Assembly: GCA_964558975.1 (NCBI GenBank)
Contig: CAZLFQ010000001.1
Location: 365,341 to 429,340, forward strand
Reading direction: 5' to 3'
From: an uncultured Candidatus Midichloriaceae bacterium
GTDB lineage: Bacteria; Pseudomonadota; Alphaproteobacteria; Rickettsiales; Midichloriaceae
Length of the DNA stretch: 64,000 nucleotides
Each line of letters opens with the position of its first letter. Within the stretch, counting starts at the first letter, position 1. The translations under genes were made by a program, and so were the position numbers. Under the pieces are notes generated by a model. The model did no database searches and had not been told where the DNA came from. It saw only the letters and a list, made by a program, of their open reading frames with translations. Positions 9,370 to 17,850 of the stretch are shown piece after piece.

Positions 9370-10569
9370 TTATCCTATATCTCCTTCTTTGATTCTCATA
9401 TTATTTACTTCAAACAACTGGTTTGGGCTCAACCTAAATGAAACAAGTGCACTTGTTTCATCTGGCAGATACACCTCTATATCTTTTTTTGGAGAAACGA
9501 ATTTATTTCTAGAAACTGCAGTCAATCTAGACCTCCAATCTGGGGCAATTGTCTCAAGATTTGGCGTACTCCATTCAACCACTACATATTCCTTTGTAAT
9601 CTCTCTTATCACCAGACCAACTTCATTACCATCATTGCTAATTTTTTGGCTATTGATCCATACTGCCCATTTGTCATTTGAATAGTAAATTAAAGAATTT
9701 AAATAAAATTTACGGCTTGTGGATTTAGCGTCTGCTTTAACTAAACTGCCAGCTATATCATCACTGATACCAAAATTACTCAGAATACTATTAATTTGAT
9801 CAATTTCTTCTGGTGTGAACATTACAGATTTTAAAGTGAATTCAGTAGTTTCTTTACCACTTTTTTCTTTTTCAGCATCTTCTGTTTTATCATTACTATC
9901 TCCAGCAACTTTAACTTTTTCTGAGGCTACAGGTGTTGTGTTAACTCTTGGTTCACTTATTACAGGTATCGGAACAGTTGTAACTTTTGGTTGCTCAGAA
10001 GGTGATGGCACAGGCACTACACTTTGAGCATCAGCAACTTGTGGTACGTCAGACGTCACTTTTACCGCACTTGTCAAAGCACTATCCTTAACTGGTTTGC
10101 AATGCATATCCATTGTATTTTTGAATTCTGTTTTTTCCTCATCGGTTAATGAACTCTGAGTAAATCCAAAAAACTGAATTTGAAACGCTTTATTTAATTG
10201 CCCAAGCTTTGCTGCAGGAAATATACAATCAATTCCACCAAAACCAGGAGTTCTTTCTTCATACTCACAACTGCCATCGGCAGTAGATCCTTTGATTTTT
10301 CTGAAAGTTTTACCAAACTGCTCCTTATCAACACATATTGCAGAAATACACCTATCAATGCTCAGAGGAACTTCTTTACAGTTCGGCGCAGCGAAATCCT
10401 TTACATCAACTTTATCATATACTTTAAACTCGCCATTTGGCTCTGTATTTTCTTGGTTAGGAATCACGACATAGCTATTATCATTATCTTCATAAGGGAT
10501 GTCATCAAAAGCACAGGCTAAGCTTGCGCTTAGAAGTGATAACAATAAAAATAATACGTTTCTTTTCAT
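9370..10569 (-). CDS. secreted hypothetical protein: Cys-rich N-domain, P/T/V linker and beta-rich C-domain (PilP/GspC-like by architecture only)
   Basis: MKRNVLFLLLSLLSASLACA signal peptide. The ATG at 10569 (TAA-N1-ATG after the upstream gene) is preferred over the tracked GTG at 10584. The proline-rich linker is VPVPSPSEQPKVTTVPIPVISEP. The C-terminus reads LIYYSNDKWAVWINSQKIS..GLVIREITKEYVVVEW. Confidence 0.6.
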   Translation of the reverse strand: MKRNVLFLLLSLLSASLACAFDDIPYEDNDNSYVVIPNQENTEPNGEFKVYDKVDVKDFAAPNCKEVPLSIDRCISAICVDKEQFGKTFRKIKGSTADGSCEYEERTPGFGGIDCIFPAAKLGQLNKAFQIQFFGFTQSSLTDEEKTEFKNTMDMHCKPVKDSALTSAVKVTSDVPQVADAQSVVPVPSPSEQPKVTTVPIPVISEPRVNTTPVASEKVKVAGDSNDKTEDAEKEKSGKETTEFTLKSVMFTPEEIDQINSILSNFGISDDIAGSLVKADAKSTSRKFYLNSLIYYSNDKWAVWINSQKISNDGNEVGLVIREITKEYVVVEWSTPNLETIAPDWRSRLTAVSRNKFVSPKKDIEVYLPDETSALVSFRLSPNQLFEVNNMRIKEGDIG

Positions 10570-10570
10570 T

Positions 10571-11317
10571 TTATTGTACCGCACTTGGTTCGTTTACAAC
10601 ATTTTCTGGCGTTGTAGTTTCAGTAGCTTTAGGTTCTACTGTTTTTCCTTTTTCTTTAATCATCACTTCACGTTTTGCTTTGACTTGTTCAGCAACTTCA
10701 GGCTTATCAAGCAAATCATGCCATAACAAATCTACTTTAATACTAACTATATCATTCTTATCGCCCCTTTCTAAACTTGCCAGTACTTCTTCATTTATCT
10801 CATTAATACCAACAAATGAGATATTTTTTACTTGGACATAACCAGGTAGCTCTTTTTGCAAATCTTCTATAAATGAGTATGCATCAATATCTGTATATGC
10901 CAAAAATACTAAAGTAAGATTGCTGAACATTATATTAACAAATTTATTATCAGCAAAATCTGGACGAGCTTCTGGAGTTGAAAGAGTAATATTCATTCCT
11001 TTGATTCGATACTTTTCTTCTAATTTATTTATTAGTACTTTTGAGAAATCCACTTGGATTCCTTCTCTAAATTCATGCTTTTGTCTAACTTTCTCATTCC
11101 ATTCTGCAATAGAAGCATCCGATAATATAATTTTACTCTTCATTTCCCCAACTTGATTCCTCAAATTTTGTGAGTCATTTTTATAGGAAATTTCTGCACC
11201 TTGATTTGTAAGTTGGTACGAAAACAAAGCTATAAATATTACTGAAACTACAAACAAAATTGAAGTAACTATTTTCAGTCTTTCAAGTGCGTAAGAGTGG
11301 ATATGTTTTACTAGCAT
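10571..11317 (-). CDS. bitopic membrane protein (GspM/PilO-like by architecture only)
   Basis: 248 aa. An AGAGGAG Shine-Dalgarno element precedes the ATG. One TM helix (IVTSILFVVSVIFIALF), then a coiled-coil-like segment, a small alpha/beta-looking domain and a K/E/T/P-rich tail. Confidence 0.6.
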   Translation of the reverse strand: MLVKHIHSYALERLKIVTSILFVVSVIFIALFSYQLTNQGAEISYKNDSQNLRNQVGEMKSKIILSDASIAEWNEKVRQKHEFREGIQVDFSKVLINKLEEKYRIKGMNITLSTPEARPDFADNKFVNIMFSNLTLVFLAYTDIDAYSFIEDLQKELPGYVQVKNISFVGINEINEEVLASLERGDKNDIVSIKVDLLWHDLLDKPEVAEQVKAKREVMIKEKGKTVEPKATETTTPENVVNEPSAVQ

Positions 11318-11328
11318 CTTCTCCTCTA

Positions 11329-13119
11329 TTACCTACTTATTCTACTATTGCCACCAGCAGGCCCAGCAGGATTGCTTGGCGCTGGTTCAGCAGCTTTTTG
11401 TACAGGCGTAGTAGTCTGCACCTGAACTTGCGGTGCTGGCGCTGTTCTTGTCACGACCCCTTTCTTAGTGGCAGGATATCTAACCTTAATAATAACCGAC
11501 ACTGGTGTATTTATATCTTGAAATGATATATTTTGAGGTAAATCAGAGATTGAAATATCATAATCCGAAAATGTTTTAATAACTTCTTTAGTAAAGCCAG
11601 TATATTTTTGTTCTAATTCTTCATAAGAAGAGCCTGTACGTCTCATGATTATTTCAAAATCTGCATCGATTACATAATCTCTAGTTTTGCCTAATACCGA
11701 TGTTTTTGATGTCTTATCTATATTTCTAAAACCAATCAGAACTGGATCTTCAAAATTCCATTTTATCACTTTTGCTCTAGCATATAGAGGCATTATATTT
11801 GATAATTTTGCAACAATATCAATTGGATTAGACTTTATTGAAGTGAAGAATTTGTTAAGTGCAACAACTTCAATCACATGATCTGCAGTTAATGGATCTT
11901 TGATTTTCGATTCAGTATTTGATAACCTCTTAGATTGCTCATCAAGCTGTGCTTTGAAATTATCAACCTGCACTTGAATTTGCTTAATAGATTCTTTTAA
12001 ATCAAAAATGTCATTGGCATAATACAAGCTCAGCACCGGTAACACAAAGCATAGACAAATAAAAAACCAACCAAGATAATGAATCGTTTGAGCAGCATTA
12101 TAAACTTTACCTGTAACAGGGGTATGCAGGGTTATAATTTTGGTTTTAACTTTGCTTAATACTGTTAGTATTGTCGGATCTGCAAACTTGTCTTTTTCAG
12201 CAGCAGCTTCAGGAACTTTTACTTTATTAGCTAATTCAAAAGGAGTATAGGTGAACAGATTGGTTGCTTTAATTTTCTCTTTTCTTAAATAGCGAAGAAT
12301 TTCGCTTGAGAGCACTAGATACACGTCCACCTCCTGCTCTGTACCTAGGGATAACCTAGACATATACTCAATTGAATTTGCAATCTCTTGCTCAATATTA
12401 CCAGCAACCACATCTGGTGATGGATCATTAATATTGTTTAGTAGTCGACTAAAAATAATTTTTCCATCTTGGAAAGCTGCTTGTCTAAACCCACCAGTTT
12501 TATTTTGGGATAGATATACTTCCCACCTTCCTGCAGCACCAGGATCTTTAGTTTTAAAATTCGACAAGAATTTCTCTACACTTGTCTTCTTAGACTTTTC
12601 TTGAAATTGATTTTCTCGTTGAGCAATATACTTTAACTTAGTCACAACTGAATAAATCTCTACAGGTAAAAAGTAGATCCCAGCGATAACGTTATGAAAA
12701 GGTAAAAAGAAATCAATCCAAGTTGATATAGGTGGCTCCATTCCAGATGAGATGAAAGTGTAAACCCAATCATGTCTACCTGTAGGTGCTCTGCCAATTT
12801 GTACACAAGATTTAATATGCCCTTTTGGAACTTCTTTTTCCAAATGCTTTTGCGCAATTTTACCAATACCCATTTGACTTACTGCAGGTAGTGATCTTTG
12901 AACATAAGATTGATCAAGTGTATCGATGTAAATATAGACCATCGCATCTTTGTCGTGCGCAAGCAATTCCCTAAGTTTATCTGTGTCGGTTTGCTCTGTG
13001 CTCTTCACAAATAATTTAGCTTTTGCATATCCACTTTGTGTATAAACAACAACAGCGCCTTCCTCACCTACAGACACCTGAAACGTGTTTTTCTTTTGTT
13101 GAAACAGCTTTCTAGCCAT
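11329..13119 (-). CDS. bitopic membrane protein with large cytoplasmic N-domain (GspL / PilM-PilN-fusion-like by architecture only)
   Basis: The tracked ORF starts at a TTG (13164). The ATG at 13119 (MARKLFQQKK) has an AAGG Shine-Dalgarno element 5-6 nt upstream. Single central TM helix (LGWFFICLCFVLPVLSLYY), then the heptad-like stretch DLKESIKQIQVQVDNFKAQLDEQSKRL, a periplasmic domain and a P/A/Q/V-rich tail. Confidence 0.6.
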   Translation of the reverse strand: MARKLFQQKKNTFQVSVGEEGAVVVYTQSGYAKAKLFVKSTEQTDTDKLRELLAHDKDAMVYIYIDTLDQSYVQRSLPAVSQMGIGKIAQKHLEKEVPKGHIKSCVQIGRAPTGRHDWVYTFISSGMEPPISTWIDFFLPFHNVIAGIYFLPVEIYSVVTKLKYIAQRENQFQEKSKKTSVEKFLSNFKTKDPGAAGRWEVYLSQNKTGGFRQAAFQDGKIIFSRLLNNINDPSPDVVAGNIEQEIANSIEYMSRLSLGTEQEVDVYLVLSSEILRYLRKEKIKATNLFTYTPFELANKVKVPEAAAEKDKFADPTILTVLSKVKTKIITLHTPVTGKVYNAAQTIHYLGWFFICLCFVLPVLSLYYANDIFDLKESIKQIQVQVDNFKAQLDEQSKRLSNTESKIKDPLTADHVIEVVALNKFFTSIKSNPIDIVAKLSNIMPLYARAKVIKWNFEDPVLIGFRNIDKTSKTSVLGKTRDYVIDADFEIIMRRTGSSYEELEQKYTGFTKEVIKTFSDYDISISDLPQNISFQDINTPVSVIIKVRYPATKKGVVTRTAPAPQVQVQTTTPVQKAAEPAPSNPAGPAGGNSRISR

Positions 13120-13201
13120 TACTGCCTTTGAATATCCTCTACTATTAAGATATAAATGTATCAAAAGCTTACGTAAAGCCTTAATTTAACTTTAAGAATA
13201 T

Positions 13202-14086
13202 TTATAAGGCTTTAGATATATTTTTAATAAAGGCTCTAGCTTGATCTTTAATCATTGGATCACGCAATGCAAATTCTATATTTGCTTCTAAAAAGCCCAT
13301 ATGGTTTCCGCAGTCTAAACGCTTTCCTTTAAACCTATAACCAAATGTATCACATGATGGAATCATCGCTTTCATGGCGTCGGTCAATTGAATCTCCCCT
13401 CCTCTCCCAGATGGAGTTTTTTCTAAGAAATCAAAAATTTCTGGTTCTAAAATATATCTTCCAACTATTGAAATGTTAGATGGTGCATCTTTTGGCTCAG
13501 GTTTTTCCACCATATCTGTGATTTTCATTGTAACGCCATCATCTTCAGATGGGCTAACAATTCCATACTTAGATGTATCTTCTTTCGCAATATCAGCTAC
13601 AGCCAAGATATTTCCACGCTTTTCATCATATGATTCCACCATTTCTTTAAGTACACTATTGCTTCTTTCAGAAATAAATAGTTCATCTGCCAATAAAACA
13701 GCGAAAGGCTCATTACCCACGAAATTCCGCGCACACCATACTGCATGCCCTAATCCTAACGGGTGCTGTTGCCTTATAAAGGCGATTTTACCTGCATCTG
13801 GAACCCAATCCCTAGTCAGGGTTAAAGCATCATTTTTTTCTTTATTACCAAGATGGCTCTCAAGCTCGTATACACAGTCAAAATGGTTGGTGATTATATT
13901 TTTATTTCGCCCAGTTATAAATATAAATTCCTCAACCCCAGCAGCAACGGCCTCTTCAAAAGCATGTTGAATAAGGGGCTTGCTAGCAATTGGCAGCATT
14001 TCTTTTGGTAACGCTTTAGTTGCAGGCAAGAACCTAGTCCCTAAACCACCCACTGGAAATACTGCTTTTCTTATCTTTTTTGACAT
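13202..14086 (-). CDS. galU: UTP--glucose-1-phosphate uridylyltransferase
   Basis: KAVFPVGGLGTRFLPATKALPKEMLP N-terminal signature. 294 aa. Confidence 0.9.
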   Translation of the reverse strand: MSKKIRKAVFPVGGLGTRFLPATKALPKEMLPIASKPLIQHAFEEAVAAGVEEFIFITGRNKNIITNHFDCVYELESHLGNKEKNDALTLTRDWVPDAGKIAFIRQQHPLGLGHAVWCARNFVGNEPFAVLLADELFISERSNSVLKEMVESYDEKRGNILAVADIAKEDTSKYGIVSPSEDDGVTMKITDMVEKPEPKDAPSNISIVGRYILEPEIFDFLEKTPSGRGGEIQLTDAMKAMIPSCDTFGYRFKGKRLDCGNHMGFLEANIEFALRDPMIKDQARAFIKNISKAL

Positions 14087-14262
14087 TATTTTTTCTTCAA
14101 ATTTTGATTAAATACTATCACAACCTTAAAAACATGTCCTGAGCTATTTTCGTATATTACTTACAAACCCAGAAGTACATTCCTTAATTTTTTAAAAATC
14201 TTAATGATTCACAGCTAAAATCACGATATAGTCCCCAAAAAATTAGGGATAAAGAAATACTT

Positions 14263-15756
14263 ATGCAGGAAAAATTACAATTACCAGAATTACAATTACC
14301 TAATATTTCAAGCTGCACAACCACAAAAGATGCATTTAATTTAATATCCAGTTTATCGGCTGAAGATGTAATTCAGCAAGATAGTACGGGGGCAACCATA
14401 TTACATCACTTGTGTTTTAGTCATAAAATCGCGCCAATCAAGTTTGATCGCAAAGTTATAATGGAAAAAATAATTGAGAAAAATCCAAGTATTGTAAATT
14501 TAAAATGGAATGACTTAGATAATCCCATTCAATTAGCAATTAAGCAAGACGATGTTGAAGCTGTAGCAATTCTAGTCCCTTACTACTCTTCAATTATTAT
14601 TCATGAAAGACACATTGTAGCAGATGACAATGGCGAAATAGTAAAAGAAGAGATAATAGATATGTTTCCTGTGTCTTTCGCTTTGAGGCATGCTCAATTA
14701 GATATGGTTAATTGTCTTTATACAGCAGGTTTTGGGTTTGTTGAAGGCATGAATATGTCTAAGTATTGTTTGGATTATCCCAAGAAAGAAAATCTAGAAG
14801 ATCTATATATAGACTTACTCCTTGCTGGTAAAAAAGAAGAATTAAAAGGCTTGCATGAGTATTTAGGTTATTACAAGGGGTATAGAGGTCAGAGCAGCGA
14901 AGAACTAGTAGATGCCCTATATAATCAAAACGAAAGTGAGGCATTTAAACTTATCTCTCAGGGACATTATATCTATAATGACAGGGTCTCTAGCTTATTT
15001 TTATCTTCTTGTGGTAAAGCTATAGATTTTATATTTTTGCGAACTTTAGCTCACCCCAACTACAGTACTAGAATTATTGATCAAGATAAAAATTGTAAAA
15101 CTCTGCTTCGCTTCACTATTACCTATTCACATCTTACACTAGCTATTAAACTAATAGAAGCTGGAGCAGATGTTAATACAACTAATAACTGCAAATATAC
15201 CTTACTTCACCAAGCTATTCGAAACCATAGTGGTACTTTAGTAGAAAAATTATTAAAGCTAGGGGCGGATATTGATATGGCTGATGAAAATCAGCAAACT
15301 GCAATTCACTTAGCTGCACGTTTTGGTAATGATGCAATATTAAAACAAATTTTAGATCATGGGGCAGATGTAAACAAACCTACCAACTATTTTAAAGATA
15401 CTCCACTTCACTTAGCTGCTGAAGAGGGAGCCATTTACACTGTAAGGATGCTGTTGCAGCGAAGCGAAATAGATGTCTATTTAAAAAACAGAAATGGTGA
15501 AACTGCTCTTGATGTTGCAAAGAACAATTTAATTAAAGAACTTATAAGTGAACACATGAAAGCTAAAACAGAGCAAACTAGATTACTTGCTACCGCCAGC
15601 AACACGAACACAGCAGCAGCTTCACACTCAACAACAGCCGCTACTGTGACACCTACCAAAGAAGGGGCTTTCAGTCTATCAGCTTTACTGGCGCCCACTA
15701 AAGGTAATAAAACCAAACTTTATCTGCCCGACGATAATTCTCTTGGTAAGCAGTAA
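14263..15756 (+). CDS. ankyrin-repeat protein
   Basis: C-terminal half holds tandem ANK repeats (TLLHQAIRNHSGTLVEKLLKLGADID, TAIHLAARFGNDAILKQILDHGADVN, TPLHLAAEEGAIYTVRMLLQ). It ends in an S/T/A-rich tail. Confidence 0.85.
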   Translation: MQEKLQLPELQLPNISSCTTTKDAFNLISSLSAEDVIQQDSTGATILHHLCFSHKIAPIKFDRKVIMEKIIEKNPSIVNLKWNDLDNPIQLAIKQDDVEAVAILVPYYSSIIIHERHIVADDNGEIVKEEIIDMFPVSFALRHAQLDMVNCLYTAGFGFVEGMNMSKYCLDYPKKENLEDLYIDLLLAGKKEELKGLHEYLGYYKGYRGQSSEELVDALYNQNESEAFKLISQGHYIYNDRVSSLFLSSCGKAIDFIFLRTLAHPNYSTRIIDQDKNCKTLLRFTITYSHLTLAIKLIEAGADVNTTNNCKYTLLHQAIRNHSGTLVEKLLKLGADIDMADENQQTAIHLAARFGNDAILKQILDHGADVNKPTNYFKDTPLHLAAEEGAIYTVRMLLQRSEIDVYLKNRNGETALDVAKNNLIKELISEHMKAKTEQTRLLATASNTNTAAASHSTTAATVTPTKEGAFSLSALLAPTKGNKTKLYLPDDNSLGKQ

Positions 15757-16508
15757 TAACTTAAATAAATTACCGGCGTGCTGAGTGCAGCTACCACTAG
15801 CCTTGCTATATATGTCCCCATAACATAAGTAAACATAAGCGTATGGAAACTAACTGGAGTAGGACTCAGTATTACCCATGCAAGAACAGAAAAGATAAAA
15901 TTATCCACCAGAGCTGATACAGCTGTAGATGAAAAAGTCCTAAACCATAAATGCTTTTTATTCGTTTGTTTTGAGAGTTTTTGGAAAATCCATATGTCTA
16001 GCAGTTGACTTGATAAATAAGCAATTAGGCTTGCAATCAATAACCTTGGAGCGGGAAGAAATATTACTTCCATTGCACTCAGAACTTTTTCATTATGAAG
16101 TGGAGGATGGGCGATTGTTAAAATCATCAATATTGTGAATGCTATTTGTGTAATAAAACTTAAGCCCACAGCCATTCTGGCCTTTTCTGGACCATAATGC
16201 TCTGTAATTATGTCGCTTACTAAAAATGTTGTAGCAAACAAAACTGTACCTAAGGCTACAGGCTCATTCGCAAAACTATATTGCGCCATATGAAGCACTT
16301 GGATGTTGGTCGCTATATATGCCATTGTAATGTAGCACATTAGCCCTATTAGGCCGTAAAGTCTAAACAAGCCCAGAATTTTAACTGAAGCAAATGCCAA
16401 TGTAATAAGCGCTAGTAACTCTGGAGAGAAATGAGATGCATTAATTATGCCTTTTAGAAAATCGTCCATTTTTAGCTTAGGCTTACAATACGAATAGCCA
16501 AACGTCAA
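15720..16508 (-). CDS. yhhQ: queuosine-precursor transporter (YhhQ/DUF165 family)
   Basis: Polytopic membrane protein with the family-typical LVSDIITEHYG segment. The start may be the internal MDDFLK (16469). Its 3' end overlaps the convergent ANK gene by 37 nt. Confidence 0.7.
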   Translation of the reverse strand: MTFGYSYCKPKLKMDDFLKGIINASHFSPELLALITLAFASVKILGLFRLYGLIGLMCYITMAYIATNIQVLHMAQYSFANEPVALGTVLFATTFLVSDIITEHYGPEKARMAVGLSFITQIAFTILMILTIAHPPLHNEKVLSAMEVIFLPAPRLLIASLIAYLSSQLLDIWIFQKLSKQTNKKHLWFRTFSSTAVSALVDNFIFSVLAWVILSPTPVSFHTLMFTYVMGTYIARLVVAALSTPVIYLSYYCLPRELSSGR

Positions 16509-16518
16509 ATCATAATGA

Positions 16519-17787
16519 TTAATTCGGGTGAGACCATAATTCTAATTCACTATGAACGGGTGCAATCAAAGCTCCTATATCTAAACCTCCATATGGAGTA
16601 TCATCGTCTTCTGACCAAACTTGATTTAAACTTAACACCTGTGTAGATGCAAGTGTGAAAGTACAATTTACATGACTTAAAGTTAAATCGCCTAAACTAC
16701 CAGAATTTCTTGCTCCTGTTCCTCTACAAAGAATTGCACCTGTCGAGTCATTTCTAAGACTTATTTGATGCGTTTCAACATAATATGCACCTGACCAACC
16801 TCTTGCAATGTACGTACCAGGCCCTAAAGTTACTTGCCCAGTTCCAGCGTTGAGTGTAGCTGAAGTTAAATTATTAAATCTCACAGTATTTAACCTCCTA
16901 GTACTACTCATTGCAACGCCAGCACTACTTTGATCAGCATACTGCTCTACAAATAAAGCATATTTATCGAAATTTGCAGTTGCTGGAGTTACTGGCCCGC
17001 CACCACCTGCTGCACCTGAAGAATAAGTAACTTCCCTAACAATCTGCTGCTTAGTTTTCCATCTAATATAGTCATCGTAGTAACCACCAGTACTAGAATC
17101 AAATATAGATTCCACAAACACAGCATCACTATCGCAATTTTCTACATCTCTACCACCTGAACAGGCAACCATAGGGTTTACCGTACCTAAGTAATTCACG
17201 GCACCCTTATTATTTGCTCCATGACTTACAAGTGTGTACGCAACAATATTTGCATATGTCGCTGAGTTAGCTTGATGAATCCTGTTAGCTCCAGCATCTT
17301 CAACTCTAATAACATCAGCTTGTGTGCTTGCGTATGGAGCAAATAAAGCATTAGTTCTTGCCATATTCTTCACAGCAACATACGTAATTCTTGTATTCCA
17401 ACTATCAAACATCATTTCATCTGGCAGATTCAACGTACGCGTTGGAATAGCACCTATCCTCACATTTTCATTTGCAGTAGCACCAGCCACTTCTACTGTG
17501 CCCGCAACCGTAGCGGCACTACAGTCTGTTGCAACCCCAAAGTTAGCTGTTGCTGGCAAATCATTTACTCTTGCTGGGCATGGTATGAAACCATTTTGCG
17601 CATAAAATGTATCGATAGCTTTTTGGATTGTATCCAGCTTCGAATTCATTATAGTTGTGGAGTTAGTTTGATGAATTGTAGGAATCATTCCTACAATTGC
17701 TCCAATGGTTATGCCAAATATCAATATGACAATTGAGAGTTCAATTATAGTAAACCCTAACCTATAGCTAGATTCACTTACACGCAC
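16519..17787 (-). CDS. large prepilin-type protein: GspG-like pseudopilin core plus extra C-terminal domain
   Basis: GTG start preceded by an AAGGAG Shine-Dalgarno element. YRLG|FTIIELSIVILIFGITIGAIVG is the prepilin site. GspG-like blocks are IQKAIDTFYAQNGFIPCP, DSWNTRITYV and YTLVSHGANNKGA. A Gly linker (SSGAAGGGGPV) is followed by a roughly 150-aa beta-rich domain. Confidence 0.8.
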   Translation of the reverse strand: MRVSESSYRLGFTIIELSIVILIFGITIGAIVGMIPTIHQTNSTTIMNSKLDTIQKAIDTFYAQNGFIPCPARVNDLPATANFGVATDCSAATVAGTVEVAGATANENVRIGAIPTRTLNLPDEMMFDSWNTRITYVAVKNMARTNALFAPYASTQADVIRVEDAGANRIHQANSATYANIVAYTLVSHGANNKGAVNYLGTVNPMVACSGGRDVENCDSDAVFVESIFDSSTGGYYDDYIRWKTKQQIVREVTYSSGAAGGGGPVTPATANFDKYALFVEQYADQSSAGVAMSSTRRLNTVRFNNLTSATLNAGTGQVTLGPGTYIARGWSGAYYVETHQISLRNDSTGAILCRGTGARNSGSLGDLTLSHVNCTFTLASTQVLSLNQVWSEDDDTPYGGLDIGALIAPVHSELELWSHPN

Positions 17788-17850
17788 CAGTATCTCCTTA
17801 CCATCTGTAATTATATTATATCATAATAATCATACATTTAGCAAAACCTA

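Noticed and set aside
13473-13970. 165-aa plus-strand ORF
   Set aside because: It is antisense to galU, whose identity is unambiguous. Its composition is Ser/Ile/Phe-rich and it has no motif.
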